Shown: positions 9,288 to 18,856, numbered from the stretch's first letter. The stretch: DNA of 64,000 nucleotides from an uncultured delta proteobacterium (GCA_963711835.1 CAVQFQ010000021.1:32001-96000); one strand, 5' to 3'. Program-made: numbers and translations. The notes: a model not told the origin generated them from the letters alone.

Positions 9288-11279
9288 ATGGCAAAGTTAC
9301 TGTTTGAATGGGATTACTCGTCCTACCCGGGGGCCCAACGGTACCCCAACCTTTTCAAGCCGATCCAGATCGGGAATCTGATGATTCCCAACCGGATCAA
9401 GTATGCCGCCACCGAGGACAACTTCAATGACCACAAGGGCTTTGTCACCGATGCCGATGTGGCCTACATGCGGGCCAGGGCCGAAGGCGTCGTCGGCGGT
9501 CTGTGCTTCATGCAGGGGGTGTATATGGATCCGGCCCGCAAGGGCCAGGGCTATGTGGGGCAGGCCGGAGCCTGGGACGACCAATACATCCCCGGCCTGA
9601 AAAGGCTGGCCGATGCCATTCACGGCGAACGGGCCGTGGCCGGCTTTCAGTTGATGGACTGCGGCCGCGTAGGCGCCGTGGAAGTGGAAAGCGGGCATGG
9701 TCCCTCTACCGTCCCCCAACGGCTCCGGGTCTTCAAACCCATGTTTGAGATGACCCATGCCGAAGTAAAGGAGATGATCCAACAACACGTCGAGGCGGCC
9801 ATACGAGGTCTGAAGGCCGGATTCGATATTATCGAGATTTCCGGTATCGTGGGTTATTTGATCTCCAACTTTCTCTCCAGCTATACCAATCGCCGGACCG
9901 ACGAATACGGCGGGGATATCCGCGGCCGGTCTCAGGCCATGATTGAGATCATCCAGGGCGTTAAGGCGGCCGTGGGTCCGGATATCCCGCTGGGCATCCG
10001 CCTTTGCTCCGAAGAACTACTCAATGATGTCCGGGGCAATACACCCGAAGAATCCATGATGACCTATAAGTTCGCCGAAGAAGCCGGGGCCGATTATATC
10101 AGTTGCACCCTGGGCTGGCAGGAATCCATCTTCCCGGTCATCAGCCGCGACATTCCCCAGGGCAACTGGCTCTACCTGGCCAAGCGGGCCAAGGAAAACG
10201 TCAAGATCCCCATCCAGATGGCCTATCGGATTTTCCTCCCCCACTTCCCCGATAGCGCAATAGCCAAAGGAGAACTGGATATTTGGGAGATCTGCCGCTC
10301 TATGATCGCCGATCCCCTGATGCCGAAAAAAGTGGCTGAGGGGCGGGAGGACGAAATCCGCCATTGCGTGGCCTGCAACCTTTGCCTGGCCCGTCTCTTC
10401 CGGGATGCACCCATGACCTGCTACATCAATCCCCTCTGCGCCCATGAACACGATCCGCGCTTTTATCCCCAGCCGGTCAAAGAAGAGGATAAAAAGAAGA
10501 TCATGATCGTCGGGGCCGGTCCTTCCGGACTGGAATGCGCCTATGTGGCGGCCCAGCGGGGCCATGAAGTCCATGTCTATGACAAACGGAACGAGCTGGG
10601 CGGCACCATCCTGGAGGCCTCCAAGGCCCCCTACGGCGACGATGAACTCATGACCTGCATCAACTTTCAAAAAACCCTCTGCAATAAATTCGGGGTCCAG
10701 TTCCACCTGGGAACCGAAGTGACCGATGAAATGATTTCCGACGAACTGCCTGACACCGTGGTCCTGGCTACCGGTCCGATTTATTCCCGCCTTACCGGCA
10801 AGGTAGCTGAGGGGGCCAAAGTGGTCAACATCCTGGATGTCATGGCCGGCAAGGTTGAAGTGGGCGAAAACGTCATCGTTTATGGAAACCGGAAACCGGG
10901 CATCGGCTGCGCCCTTCACCTGTCCAAACAAGGCAAGAAGGTCACCCTGGTCGGCAAAGAAAAGTCAGCCGGCTTTGACGTCAACCCCTCTTTCAAATGG
11001 CGGTATATGATCTACCTCCGGCAACACGGGGTCATGGTCTATAACGACTGCGATCTGGAAGAGGTGAATGCCGGCGAGGTCATTGTCAAAACCTATGACG
11101 GCTACCGATTTCCCTTGAAATGCGACACCATCATCCTTTCCGAACGGCAGGCCAACGAGAGTCTCAAGAAATCCGTCCTGGCGGAGGGGATTGAACATTT
11201 TGTCATCGGAGATGCCTTGGTGCCTCGTAACCTGTCCAGCGCCGTTCATGACGGCTACCGGGTCGGACTCCGGATCTAA
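9288..11279 (+). CDS. OYE-family FMN/[4Fe-4S]/FAD oxidoreductase (2,4-dienoyl-CoA-reductase architecture, atypical active site)
   Basis: LFKPIQIG..NRI, GYLISNFLS..NRRTDEYGG, CVACNLC-x11-C cluster motif, GAGPSG FAD motif. Confidence 0.9.
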   Translation: MAKLLFEWDYSSYPGAQRYPNLFKPIQIGNLMIPNRIKYAATEDNFNDHKGFVTDADVAYMRARAEGVVGGLCFMQGVYMDPARKGQGYVGQAGAWDDQYIPGLKRLADAIHGERAVAGFQLMDCGRVGAVEVESGHGPSTVPQRLRVFKPMFEMTHAEVKEMIQQHVEAAIRGLKAGFDIIEISGIVGYLISNFLSSYTNRRTDEYGGDIRGRSQAMIEIIQGVKAAVGPDIPLGIRLCSEELLNDVRGNTPEESMMTYKFAEEAGADYISCTLGWQESIFPVISRDIPQGNWLYLAKRAKENVKIPIQMAYRIFLPHFPDSAIAKGELDIWEICRSMIADPLMPKKVAEGREDEIRHCVACNLCLARLFRDAPMTCYINPLCAHEHDPRFYPQPVKEEDKKKIMIVGAGPSGLECAYVAAQRGHEVHVYDKRNELGGTILEASKAPYGDDELMTCINFQKTLCNKFGVQFHLGTEVTDEMISDELPDTVVLATGPIYSRLTGKVAEGAKVVNILDVMAGKVEVGENVIVYGNRKPGIGCALHLSKQGKKVTLVGKEKSAGFDVNPSFKWRYMIYLRQHGVMVYNDCDLEEVNAGEVIVKTYDGYRFPLKCDTIILSERQANESLKKSVLAEGIEHFVIGDALVPRNLSSAVHDGYRVGLRI

Positions 11280-11293
11280 GAAGGAGGTGTGCC

Positions 11294-11824
11294 ATGCCAG
11301 TTAATGCGACCAAAGAAATTACGACCTTATGGAGAAATCTCCATGGTGCCCAGGATGAAATCTGCAAAACCTTTTACCGCTGGCGGCAGGCCGCCCTGGA
11401 AGCTGCCGGTCCGGAGGCCAAGCCCCTGGATGTAGCTCTGAAAGCAGCCGAGATCTTCGGCAAGGAAATCGGGAAAAGCTTCCTGCCCCGCCTCAATTGG
11501 CTCAAAGGCAAGGAGGCCTTTATGGGGAGTTTGGCCGGGCTCATAGCCGGTTCTTGGGCCAACGAAGGGGCCGTCACTCAGGTTGAAAAAGGCGAAAAGG
11601 CCAACGAGGTCATCATTAAATGCACCCGGGATCCCTGGCCCAGCTTCGCCAAAGATTACGGCGTTCCCATGGAAGAGGTTGCCCTGACCCGGGAGAAGAT
11701 TCTTCAGACCATCCTGGAAGACGTGAGCGCCTTCTTTTGCATCAAGCTGGGTATTGAAATGCTCAAAGCCATCCCCAGAGGCCACGGCCTTTATATTTTC
11801 AGGCTCTACGAGATCGAAGGGTAA
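11294..11824 (+). CDS. Hypothetical protein, V4R/ATC-hydrolase-like fold (tentative)
   Basis: RBS aaggaggt; helical N-terminus then VIIKCTRDPW...KAIPRG..YIFRL pattern resembling V4R-type domains. Confidence 0.55.
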   Translation: MPVNATKEITTLWRNLHGAQDEICKTFYRWRQAALEAAGPEAKPLDVALKAAEIFGKEIGKSFLPRLNWLKGKEAFMGSLAGLIAGSWANEGAVTQVEKGEKANEVIIKCTRDPWPSFAKDYGVPMEEVALTREKILQTILEDVSAFFCIKLGIEMLKAIPRGHGLYIFRLYEIEG

Positions 11825-11835
11825 GGAGGTTGAAT

Positions 11836-12042
11836 ATGGCAGCTCAAGTGGATCCCAAAAAATGTACGATGTGCGGGGGGACCATGCAGCCGCTCTGCGT
11901 GGAGGTCTGTCCCGATGCCGCCATCCGGGTGCAGGATGGGCGAGTGGTGGTCACGGAATTCATCTGTGAGGACTGCAATGAATGCGGCTGTGTCTGTCCC
12001 GACCAAGCCATCAAGGTGCCTATGGAAAAGGTGACGTTCTAA
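11836..12042 (+). CDS. 2x[4Fe-4S] ferredoxin
   Basis: CTMC-x7-CVEVCP and CEDCNECGCVCP; RBS aaggaggt. Confidence 0.9.
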   Translation: MAAQVDPKKCTMCGGTMQPLCVEVCPDAAIRVQDGRVVVTEFICEDCNECGCVCPDQAIKVPMEKVTF

Positions 12043-12063
12043 CAAGGTGGGTTTGAGATGTCG

Positions 12064-12195
12064 GATACTGGATAAAAACAAAAAACGATACTGGATGCTG
12101 GATAAAGACCCGTTCTGTATTGGTTTGTTTTCATCCAGTATCCAGTATCGGTATTTTATCCAGAATCGGATGCAAAATCCTTGACCCCTTGAATC
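12064..12195. repeat. Inverted heptamer repeat (gatactg/catccag) hairpin plus octamer repeat
   Basis: gatactggat...gatactggatgctggata facing catccagtatccagtatc; same family at 2085, 14701, 32572, 42270. Confidence 0.75.
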
Positions 12196-12276
12196 CTTTG
12201 ATTGCCCACCCTGGTGCAGGTGATCATCAAATGCCCAGAGAATCCATAAGGGACATAATGCCGGAGGAGAAAAGAA

Positions 12277-12714
12277 ATGAAAGTCAACAAAATGGATCAT
12301 ATCTGTATCGCCGTTAAGAATTTGGATGAGGCTCGAAAGACCTGGGAACCTCTTTTGGGAAAAACAGGTCCTGATGATGCCTATATCGACGAACCGGAAA
12401 AGATCAGGGTAGCCCGTTACTGGGTGGGCGAGATCGGCTTTGAGCTCATGGAATCCACCACCCCGGATGGCGATGTGGCCAAGTTCATCGAAAAACGGGG
12501 CGAAGGGGTCATGCTCATCAGTTTTAACGTGGGCAATACCCGGGAAGCGGTCCAGGAGCTTCAGGGAAAGGGGTTTCCCTTTATTCCCGATCCCAAAGGA
12601 GAAATCGCCCGGCCTTTCCGGGACTGCGAGTTTGCCTTTGTCCATCCAAAAAAATTAAACGGCGTTCTGACCGAACTCATTGATTATAAGTGGGATGAGT
12701 TGAAGGGCAAGTAA
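12277..12714 (+). CDS. VOC family protein (methylmalonyl-CoA epimerase-like)
   Basis: MDHICIAVKNLDEA, FELMES, VAKFIEKRGEG, FVHPKKLNGVLTELI. Confidence 0.85.
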   Translation: MKVNKMDHICIAVKNLDEARKTWEPLLGKTGPDDAYIDEPEKIRVARYWVGEIGFELMESTTPDGDVAKFIEKRGEGVMLISFNVGNTREAVQELQGKGFPFIPDPKGEIARPFRDCEFAFVHPKKLNGVLTELIDYKWDELKGK

Positions 12715-12738
12715 TAGACAACCTGACATCTTGGTTTA

Positions 12739-12878
12739 AAATTCGAAATTCGATCCGTCGCCGCGGACGAAACAAACTCAAATGATCAAAATCCAAAACT
12801 CGAAAGGTTTTTGTTTGGAACATTTGAATTTAGAAAATTTGGGTTTGTTTCGGATTTCGTGCTTCGGGTTTCGAATTT
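12739..12878. repeat. ~140-bp intergenic palindrome (REP-like); half copy at 21496-21560
   Basis: aaattcgaaattcg...cgaaacaaa / tttgtttcggatttcgtgcttcgggtttcgaattt; reverse-complement copy cgaagcacgaaatccgaaacaaa at ~21508. Confidence 0.7.
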
Positions 12879-12917
12879 AGAGGTTTTTCCTGTTGAACGA
12901 GTCTGGAAAAATAGTCT

Positions 12918-13124
12918 ATGGCCAAACGAAATGTTTTTGAAGTTTACCTGGTCTACGTTGATCCGGATCGCTGCGACGGCTGCGAGGAATGCATCAAATT
13001 CTGCCCGGTGGACGTCTTTGATATGTTCCACAAGGCCATACCGGCCCGGCCTCGACACTGCCTGGGCTGCCGGACCTGCGAGGGAGTCTGCAAGTCGAAG
13101 GCTATAGTGATTACGGAGATTTAA
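12918..13124 (+). CDS. 2x[4Fe-4S] ferredoxin
   Basis: CDGCEECIKFCP and CLGCRTCEGVC. Confidence 0.9.
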   Translation: MAKRNVFEVYLVYVDPDRCDGCEECIKFCPVDVFDMFHKAIPARPRHCLGCRTCEGVCKSKAIVITEI

Positions 13125-13353
13125 AAAGAGGGGTCAAGTAGGAAATAACCTGCCTGATAAACTCCCGGGGAAATATCGTTGAGGTTCATTCCGCCGAAAG
13201 CCGGAATCTAGTACCTTAAGCCATTTTTGGATCGCAGGTTTTGCGGGAGCGGAAACAATTGGCTCGTTATATGAACGTCTGATGTAATTTTTTTCTGGAC
13301 CCTCGAACCCTTGAATCCTTGACCCCTTGAACCCTGGTATTTAGGACTTCGAT

Positions 13354-14712
13354 ATGAGTGATGCTATTCTGGTAATCGGCGGCGGCATTGCCGGCATCAA
13401 TTGCGCCCTGAACGCCGCCAAATACGGCACCAAAGTCTATCTGGTGGATGATACCCCTAGTATCGGGGGCATGATGGCCCGCCTGGACAAGACCTTTCCT
13501 ACCAATGATTGTTCCATCTGCATCGAATCCCCGGAAATGTACGAGGTAAACAATCACCCGCAAATCGAAATCCTGACCAACACCGAGGTTCGCAAGGTCA
13601 ACCGGGTCAATGGAAACTTCAAAGTCAAACTCCAGAAAAAAGCCAAGTTTATCGATGAAGAAAAATGCACCGGCTGTGGAGCCTGCGTCGAGGCCTGCCC
13701 GGTCAGCTTGCCCGACGTCATGGACGGCAAGATCGGAGGTCGGCGAAAACTGATCTCTCTGGCCTTTCCCCAGGCGGTTCCCAATTGCGTTTACCTCGAT
13801 CCGGACTGCCGTCACGGCCGGAAGCGGGACCAGGGTGCCTGTGTCGGAGGCTGCGTAGTAGACTGCAGCCAATGCCGGGAATGCCCCATCGCCCTCTGTG
13901 TCAAGGCCTGTCAAAAAGAAGGGAAAGATGCGATCCGTCTCTGGCAATCCAACAAAAATCTCGATCTGGAAGTAAAAAGCATCGTAGTCGCCGCCGGGAT
14001 CATGGGCGCCCCTCCTCCCCAAGGTCTCTACGGGTATGATCTGTTTCCTAACGTCATCACCAATATTGAGTTCGAGCGTCTGATGAATGCCGGCGGTCCC
14101 ACGGAAGGCCGGATCATCCGGCCTTCCGATCAGAAGCATGCCCAGCGCATCGCCTGGATCCAGTGCGCCGGCCGGGGACTGGTGACCGGTGTGCCCTACT
14201 GCTCCAAAGTCTGCTGCATGATCGCCGCCAAACAGACTATTATCACCAAGGAACATGACCCGTCGGTGGAAACCACCATCTTTTATAATGACTTGAAAGC
14301 CTATGGGAAAGGCTTTTGGGGTTTTTACCGCAAGGCCCTGGAGAGCGGGGTCCGTTATGTGCGGGCCCGGCCGCATGATGTCTGCGAAGATCCGGAAACA
14401 GCCAATCTGATTCTTCGCTTCGAGGATCTTGAAAGCGGAGATATCCGGACTCAGGAATGTGACCTTTTGGTCCTGTCCACCGGGTTGATCCCCAGCGACC
14501 GCAACGAAAAGCTGGCCAAGGTTCTCGGAATCGAGCTGGATAAATTGGGATACTTTAAAGAGGAAAACCCTCTTAGAGACCCGCTGGCCACCCGGATCGA
14601 AGGCATCTATGTCTGCGGCGGGGCAACCGGCCCCATAGACATTTCCGAATCAGTGGTCCAAGCCACGGCCGCCAGTATGAAAGCGGTATTAAGAAGACAA
14701 GATACTGGATAA
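13354..14712 (+). CDS. hdrA: HdrA-like FAD/Fe-S protein (N-terminal half, QmoA-like)
   Basis: GGGIAG, LDKTFPTNDCSIC, CTGCGACVEACP, WIQCAG, YCSKVCC, GPIDISESV. Confidence 0.9.
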   Translation: MSDAILVIGGGIAGINCALNAAKYGTKVYLVDDTPSIGGMMARLDKTFPTNDCSICIESPEMYEVNNHPQIEILTNTEVRKVNRVNGNFKVKLQKKAKFIDEEKCTGCGACVEACPVSLPDVMDGKIGGRRKLISLAFPQAVPNCVYLDPDCRHGRKRDQGACVGGCVVDCSQCRECPIALCVKACQKEGKDAIRLWQSNKNLDLEVKSIVVAAGIMGAPPPQGLYGYDLFPNVITNIEFERLMNAGGPTEGRIIRPSDQKHAQRIAWIQCAGRGLVTGVPYCSKVCCMIAAKQTIITKEHDPSVETTIFYNDLKAYGKGFWGFYRKALESGVRYVRARPHDVCEDPETANLILRFEDLESGDIRTQECDLLVLSTGLIPSDRNEKLAKVLGIELDKLGYFKEENPLRDPLATRIEGIYVCGGATGPIDISESVVQATAASMKAVLRRQDTG

Positions 14713-14800
14713 AGACAAAAAACGATACTGGATGCTGGATAACTTCTAATACGCTATTTTGGGATTCTCATCCAGTATCCAGTATCCGGCATCCAGTATC
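14701..14800. repeat. Inverted heptamer repeat hairpin
   Basis: gatactggat...gatactggatgctggat / catccagtatccagtatccggcatccagtatc. Confidence 0.75.
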
Positions 14801-14827
14801 GTTTTTTTATCCGGAAAAGGTTTCCAA

Positions 14828-16888
14828 ATGAACGAAGAAATCAGGGTCGGTGTTTTTATCTGTGACTGCGGATCCAATATCGCCGGGGTGGTTAATGTCC
14901 CCGAACTGGTGGAGTACGCCAAAGGGCTTGACCGGGTCGTCTTGGCCGATGAAGGCCGATGGTCCTGTTCGGTGGACTACCTGGCCCGCTTACAGGATTC
15001 CATCAAGGAGCACAACCTCAACCGGGTGGTGATCGCCTCCTGTACCCCGCGCACCCATGAACCCTTATTTAAACAAACGGTCAAAGAAGCCGGGCTTAAT
15101 CCCTATCTCCTGGAATTCGTCAGCATCCGCGAGCAGGTTTCCTGGGTCCACATGAAAGAGCCGCAGAAAGCCACCGATAAGGCCAAGGACCTGGTCCGTA
15201 TGGGTGTGGCCAAGGCCGTCCTCCTGGAAGAAGGGGAAGAGATCCGCCTGCCGGTCGGCAGCGACTGTCTGATCATCGGGGGCGGGATGGCCGGCATGAC
15301 TGCGGCCTTGCAAATCGCCGACCAGGGCTTTCAGGCCATCCTGGTGGAAAAAGAAGCCCGTCTGGGCGGACTGCTCAACAAAATATCCCACATCTCCCAT
15401 GACCACTACAACCTGCCGGCTGAGGAAATCCTTCAGGAGATGATCGCCCGGGTGCAGGCCCATCCCCGTATAAAAATATTTTCCAATGCCGAAATTGAGA
15501 GCTTGGAGGGGTATATCGGGAACTACCGCCTGGTCCTGAAGGCTGACGGCAACCAGGTGAATTTCCCGATTTCCACCGTGATCGTGGCCACCGGCATGAA
15601 GGAGCTTGAACCGATTGGCTTGTTTGAATACGGCCGCGATCCGAAGGTCATCACCCAGCTTCAACTGGAAGAACGATTGAAAGCCGGCGGTTTGGGACCA
15701 ATCAAAGATGTAGTCATGATCAACTGCGTCAATTCCAAAAACGATACCCGGGGCTGTTGTAATGTAGGTTGTCCCATTTCAATAAAAAATGCCCTGGTCC
15801 TTAAGTCCCTCTTTCCCGAGGCCCGCATTCATATTCTTTACCGCGACCTGAGTCTGGTGAAAGAGGAGCATTTCCCTTTGGATGCCGCCAAAGGGGCCGG
15901 CATCAAGTTTATCCGGTTTCCGGACAGCCGCTATCCTGAAGTAAATCAGGTCCATGGGGGGCTGCAGATAAAGGTCTATGATATCTTATTAGGCCGAGAA
16001 CTCTCCCTTCCCTGCGATTTATTGGTTCTGACTACGGCCTTTACCGGTGACGATACGGTGGAAAAGGTCAAAGGACTCCTGAAGGTCTCCAGTAATGCCG
16101 AAGGGTTCTTTCAGGAAAGACATATCAAACTCGGGCCCTTGGATTTTCCGGCCGACGGCATCGCTCTGTGCGGCTGTGCCAAGAATCCCAAAAGCCTCAA
16201 GGAGACCTGTGAAGAAGGCTTAGGGGCGGCCATGCGGGTCTCCATCCCCATGAACAGGGGTTTTATTGAAGCCGAAGGAATCGTAGCCGAAATAGACCCC
16301 TCCCTCTGCAACAACTGCGGCATCTGCTGGAAGCGTTGCCCCTACACGGCCATCAAGGTGACCGAAGCCAAGGAACCGCTGGTCATCAAGGCCCTCTGCA
16401 AAGGCTGCGGCTTGTGCGCCGCCGACTGCCCGAAGGAGTGTATCACTATCGTTCATTATACCGATGCCCAGCTCCAGGCCCAAGTGGAAGCGGCTTTGGC
16501 CGAAAACCCAGGAGAAAAAATCCTGGGTTTTGTCTGCCACTGGTGCGCGCTGGGCGGTGTGGACATGGCCGGTGTCAGCCGCCTCCAATACCCGACTCAT
16601 GCCCGATTGATCCGAGTCATGTGTTCGGCTCGGGTGCCCATCAAGCTGATCGAACGGGCCTTTGAACTGAAGGCCGGCGGCGTACTGGTGGCCGGATGCG
16701 AATTCCCCACCTGTCACTATATTTCCGGCAATTACGCCTGCGAAACACGGGTGAAACGGGCCAAAGGCAAGCTGGCTAAAAAAGGCTACGACCCGGATAA
16801 GCTCTGGAACGTCTGGTGTTCGGCCGCCGACGGCCCCAAGTTCGCCAACACCATGCGGGTAATGTCCAAGCAGTTAGGCCTAACATAA
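14828..16888 (+). CDS. hdrA: HdrA-like protein fused to C-terminal MvhD domain (QmoB-like)
   Basis: GVFICDCGSNIAG, SCTPRTHE, GGGMAG, CNNCGICWKRCP, CKGCGLCAADCP, then GFVCHWCALGGVD...RVMCSARV..AGCEFPTCHY. Confidence 0.9.
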   Translation: MNEEIRVGVFICDCGSNIAGVVNVPELVEYAKGLDRVVLADEGRWSCSVDYLARLQDSIKEHNLNRVVIASCTPRTHEPLFKQTVKEAGLNPYLLEFVSIREQVSWVHMKEPQKATDKAKDLVRMGVAKAVLLEEGEEIRLPVGSDCLIIGGGMAGMTAALQIADQGFQAILVEKEARLGGLLNKISHISHDHYNLPAEEILQEMIARVQAHPRIKIFSNAEIESLEGYIGNYRLVLKADGNQVNFPISTVIVATGMKELEPIGLFEYGRDPKVITQLQLEERLKAGGLGPIKDVVMINCVNSKNDTRGCCNVGCPISIKNALVLKSLFPEARIHILYRDLSLVKEEHFPLDAAKGAGIKFIRFPDSRYPEVNQVHGGLQIKVYDILLGRELSLPCDLLVLTTAFTGDDTVEKVKGLLKVSSNAEGFFQERHIKLGPLDFPADGIALCGCAKNPKSLKETCEEGLGAAMRVSIPMNRGFIEAEGIVAEIDPSLCNNCGICWKRCPYTAIKVTEAKEPLVIKALCKGCGLCAADCPKECITIVHYTDAQLQAQVEAALAENPGEKILGFVCHWCALGGVDMAGVSRLQYPTHARLIRVMCSARVPIKLIERAFELKAGGVLVAGCEFPTCHYISGNYACETRVKRAKGKLAKKGYDPDKLWNVWCSAADGPKFANTMRVMSKQLGLT

Positions 16889-16914
16889 AGCTTTTTTATG
16901 CAATTTTTCTTTTC

Positions 16915-17096
16915 GCCACAGACGGACGCAGACCTTCAAATTGGATCTGGGGCGGTCCGTTATAAACCAAAACGGACCACCCCAGTCTTGCCAGCCCTTT
17001 CGGGCACAAATTCGGCTTTAGCCCGGACAGGATTTTACCGGCCTTAGTCGGCCGGAAAAATATCCCGTCTGCCTTTGTCCGTGTGGGTCTGTGGCA
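16915..17096. repeat. Intergenic inverted-repeat element
   Basis: gccacagacggacgcagac ... gtccgtgtgggtctgtggc arms. Confidence 0.55.
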
Positions 17097-17116
17097 AAAA
17101 AATTGAGGTGTTCTTA

Positions 17117-18838
17117 ATGCCAATGGCTGTAAAAATCGACGGCGTCAACATGTTCCGCACCTGCGAGCAGTGCGGCTATTGCAGCTCGGCCTGCCCGGTT
17201 TCCGGGGTCAACGGTTTTAATATCCGGCGTATCCTCAGGCATGCCGAATTGGATATACTCGATGAATTGGCGCCAACGCCGCTGCCCTGGACCTGCACCA
17301 CCTGCGGACGATGCGAAGGAGTCTGTCCCAACGGCATCGCCATACTGGACATCATCCGTCCCCTTCGTTCCCTGTCCCCTCCGGAGTTTGTTCCAGACGG
17401 TCCGCCCTGCACCCTGGCCTGCCCGGCCGGAATCGATGTACCGGGGTATGTGCGGCTGATTGCCCAAGGAAAGCCCGAGGAAGCCTATGCCCTGATCCTC
17501 GGCAAAGTACCCTTTCCGGGAATCCTGGGCAGGGTCTGCACCCATCCCTGCGAAACCTCCTGCCGGAGAAGGGAAGTGAATCAGCCGATCGCCATCTGCG
17601 CCTTGAAGCGTTTTGCTGCGGATAAAGGAGGCCAAACCCCGGCGAGTTGGCTGACGATTTCTCCCGATACGGGCCGCCGAGTAGCGGTCATCGGCGCCGG
17701 TCCGGCCGGATTGACAGCCGCTTTTTATCTGCGTCGGAAGGGCCACTGGGTCAGCCTGTTCGAAGAAAAACCCAAACCGGGGGGCATGATGCGCTACGGC
17801 ATCCCGGCCTATCGGCTGCCTGAAGATATTTTGGAAAATGAGATCAATCGGGTTTTGTCGGCCGGAATAGAGCTGAAAACCAATCAAGCCTTGGGCCGGG
17901 ACTTCACTTTGGGGCAGTTACAGGCGGATGGATTTGAGGCGGTCTTCCTATCCCTGGGTCTTTCTTCGAGCCGAAAAATCGAGTTGGAGGGGGTCGCCCT
18001 GGACGGAGTCCTCTGGGGGGTGGACTTTCTTAAAGCCGTAAAAGAAGGACAAGCCCCGGACCTGAAGGAGAAAGTCATGGTCATCGGCGGCGGCAATGTG
18101 GCCGTGGATGTGGCCCTGACCGCCCTTCGGCTGGGGGCCAAGGAAGTAACCCTGGCCTGTCTGGAGAAGCGAGAGGAGATGCCGGCCAACCCCTGGGAGA
18201 TCGAAATGGCCCTGGAAGAAGGGGTCAAGATCATGGCTGCCTGGGGGCCCCATAAGATTTTAGGGGATACCGGTCAGGTCAGCGGCATCGAATTGATCCA
18301 ATGCACTTCGGTCTTTGACGCCCAGGGGTATTTCTGCCCCCGGTTCGGGGAGGCCAGAGAATCGCTGCCAATGGATCAGGTCATCCTGGCTGTCGGCCAG
18401 ACAACCGACTTATCCTTTGTTCCGGGAGACCTGTCTCTGGGAATGGAAAAGGGGCTGATCGTTATTGACCCTGAAATCCTTCAAACCAATCTGTCCGGTG
18501 TCTTTGCCGGCGGTGACATCGTCAAAGGACCAGGCACCATCATCGAAGCCATCGCTTCGGGCCGGAAAGCCGCCTCTTCCATCGATCGATTTCTGGGAGG
18601 CGACGGCAATATCGAAGAATCTTTCACCTGGAATCAGGAGTCTGTTGACTATTCCGGTAAAAGGGAACAAGGTTTTGCCGATCAGCGGCGGGAAGAGAAC
18701 CCTGTATTGCCCGTGTCGGAGAGGACCCCCGGCTTTCCCGAAGTGGACCTGCCTTTCACCGACGAACAGGCCTTGAGAGAAGCCGCCCGCTGTCTCCAGT
18801 GCGACTTGGAAATCCGCCTGGCCCTGGCAGAGGGCTAA
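17117..18838 (+). CDS. HdrC-like Fe-S domain fused to GltD-like NAD(P)H:flavin oxidoreductase
   Basis: CEQCGYCSSACP, WTCTTCGRCEGVCP; PCTLACPAGID, GRVCTHPCE, GAGPAG, GIPAYRLP, GGGNVAVD, EAARCLQC. Confidence 0.9.
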   Translation: MPMAVKIDGVNMFRTCEQCGYCSSACPVSGVNGFNIRRILRHAELDILDELAPTPLPWTCTTCGRCEGVCPNGIAILDIIRPLRSLSPPEFVPDGPPCTLACPAGIDVPGYVRLIAQGKPEEAYALILGKVPFPGILGRVCTHPCETSCRRREVNQPIAICALKRFAADKGGQTPASWLTISPDTGRRVAVIGAGPAGLTAAFYLRRKGHWVSLFEEKPKPGGMMRYGIPAYRLPEDILENEINRVLSAGIELKTNQALGRDFTLGQLQADGFEAVFLSLGLSSSRKIELEGVALDGVLWGVDFLKAVKEGQAPDLKEKVMVIGGGNVAVDVALTALRLGAKEVTLACLEKREEMPANPWEIEMALEEGVKIMAAWGPHKILGDTGQVSGIELIQCTSVFDAQGYFCPRFGEARESLPMDQVILAVGQTTDLSFVPGDLSLGMEKGLIVIDPEILQTNLSGVFAGGDIVKGPGTIIEAIASGRKAASSIDRFLGGDGNIEESFTWNQESVDYSGKREQGFADQRREENPVLPVSERTPGFPEVDLPFTDEQALREAARCLQCDLEIRLALAEG

Positions 18839-18856
18839 GTCCTCAAGAGGGTGCCG

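Noticed and set aside
13185-13250. GTCATTCC..GGAATC REP-like element
   Set aside because: Highly degenerate single copy; insufficient support as a distinct feature.
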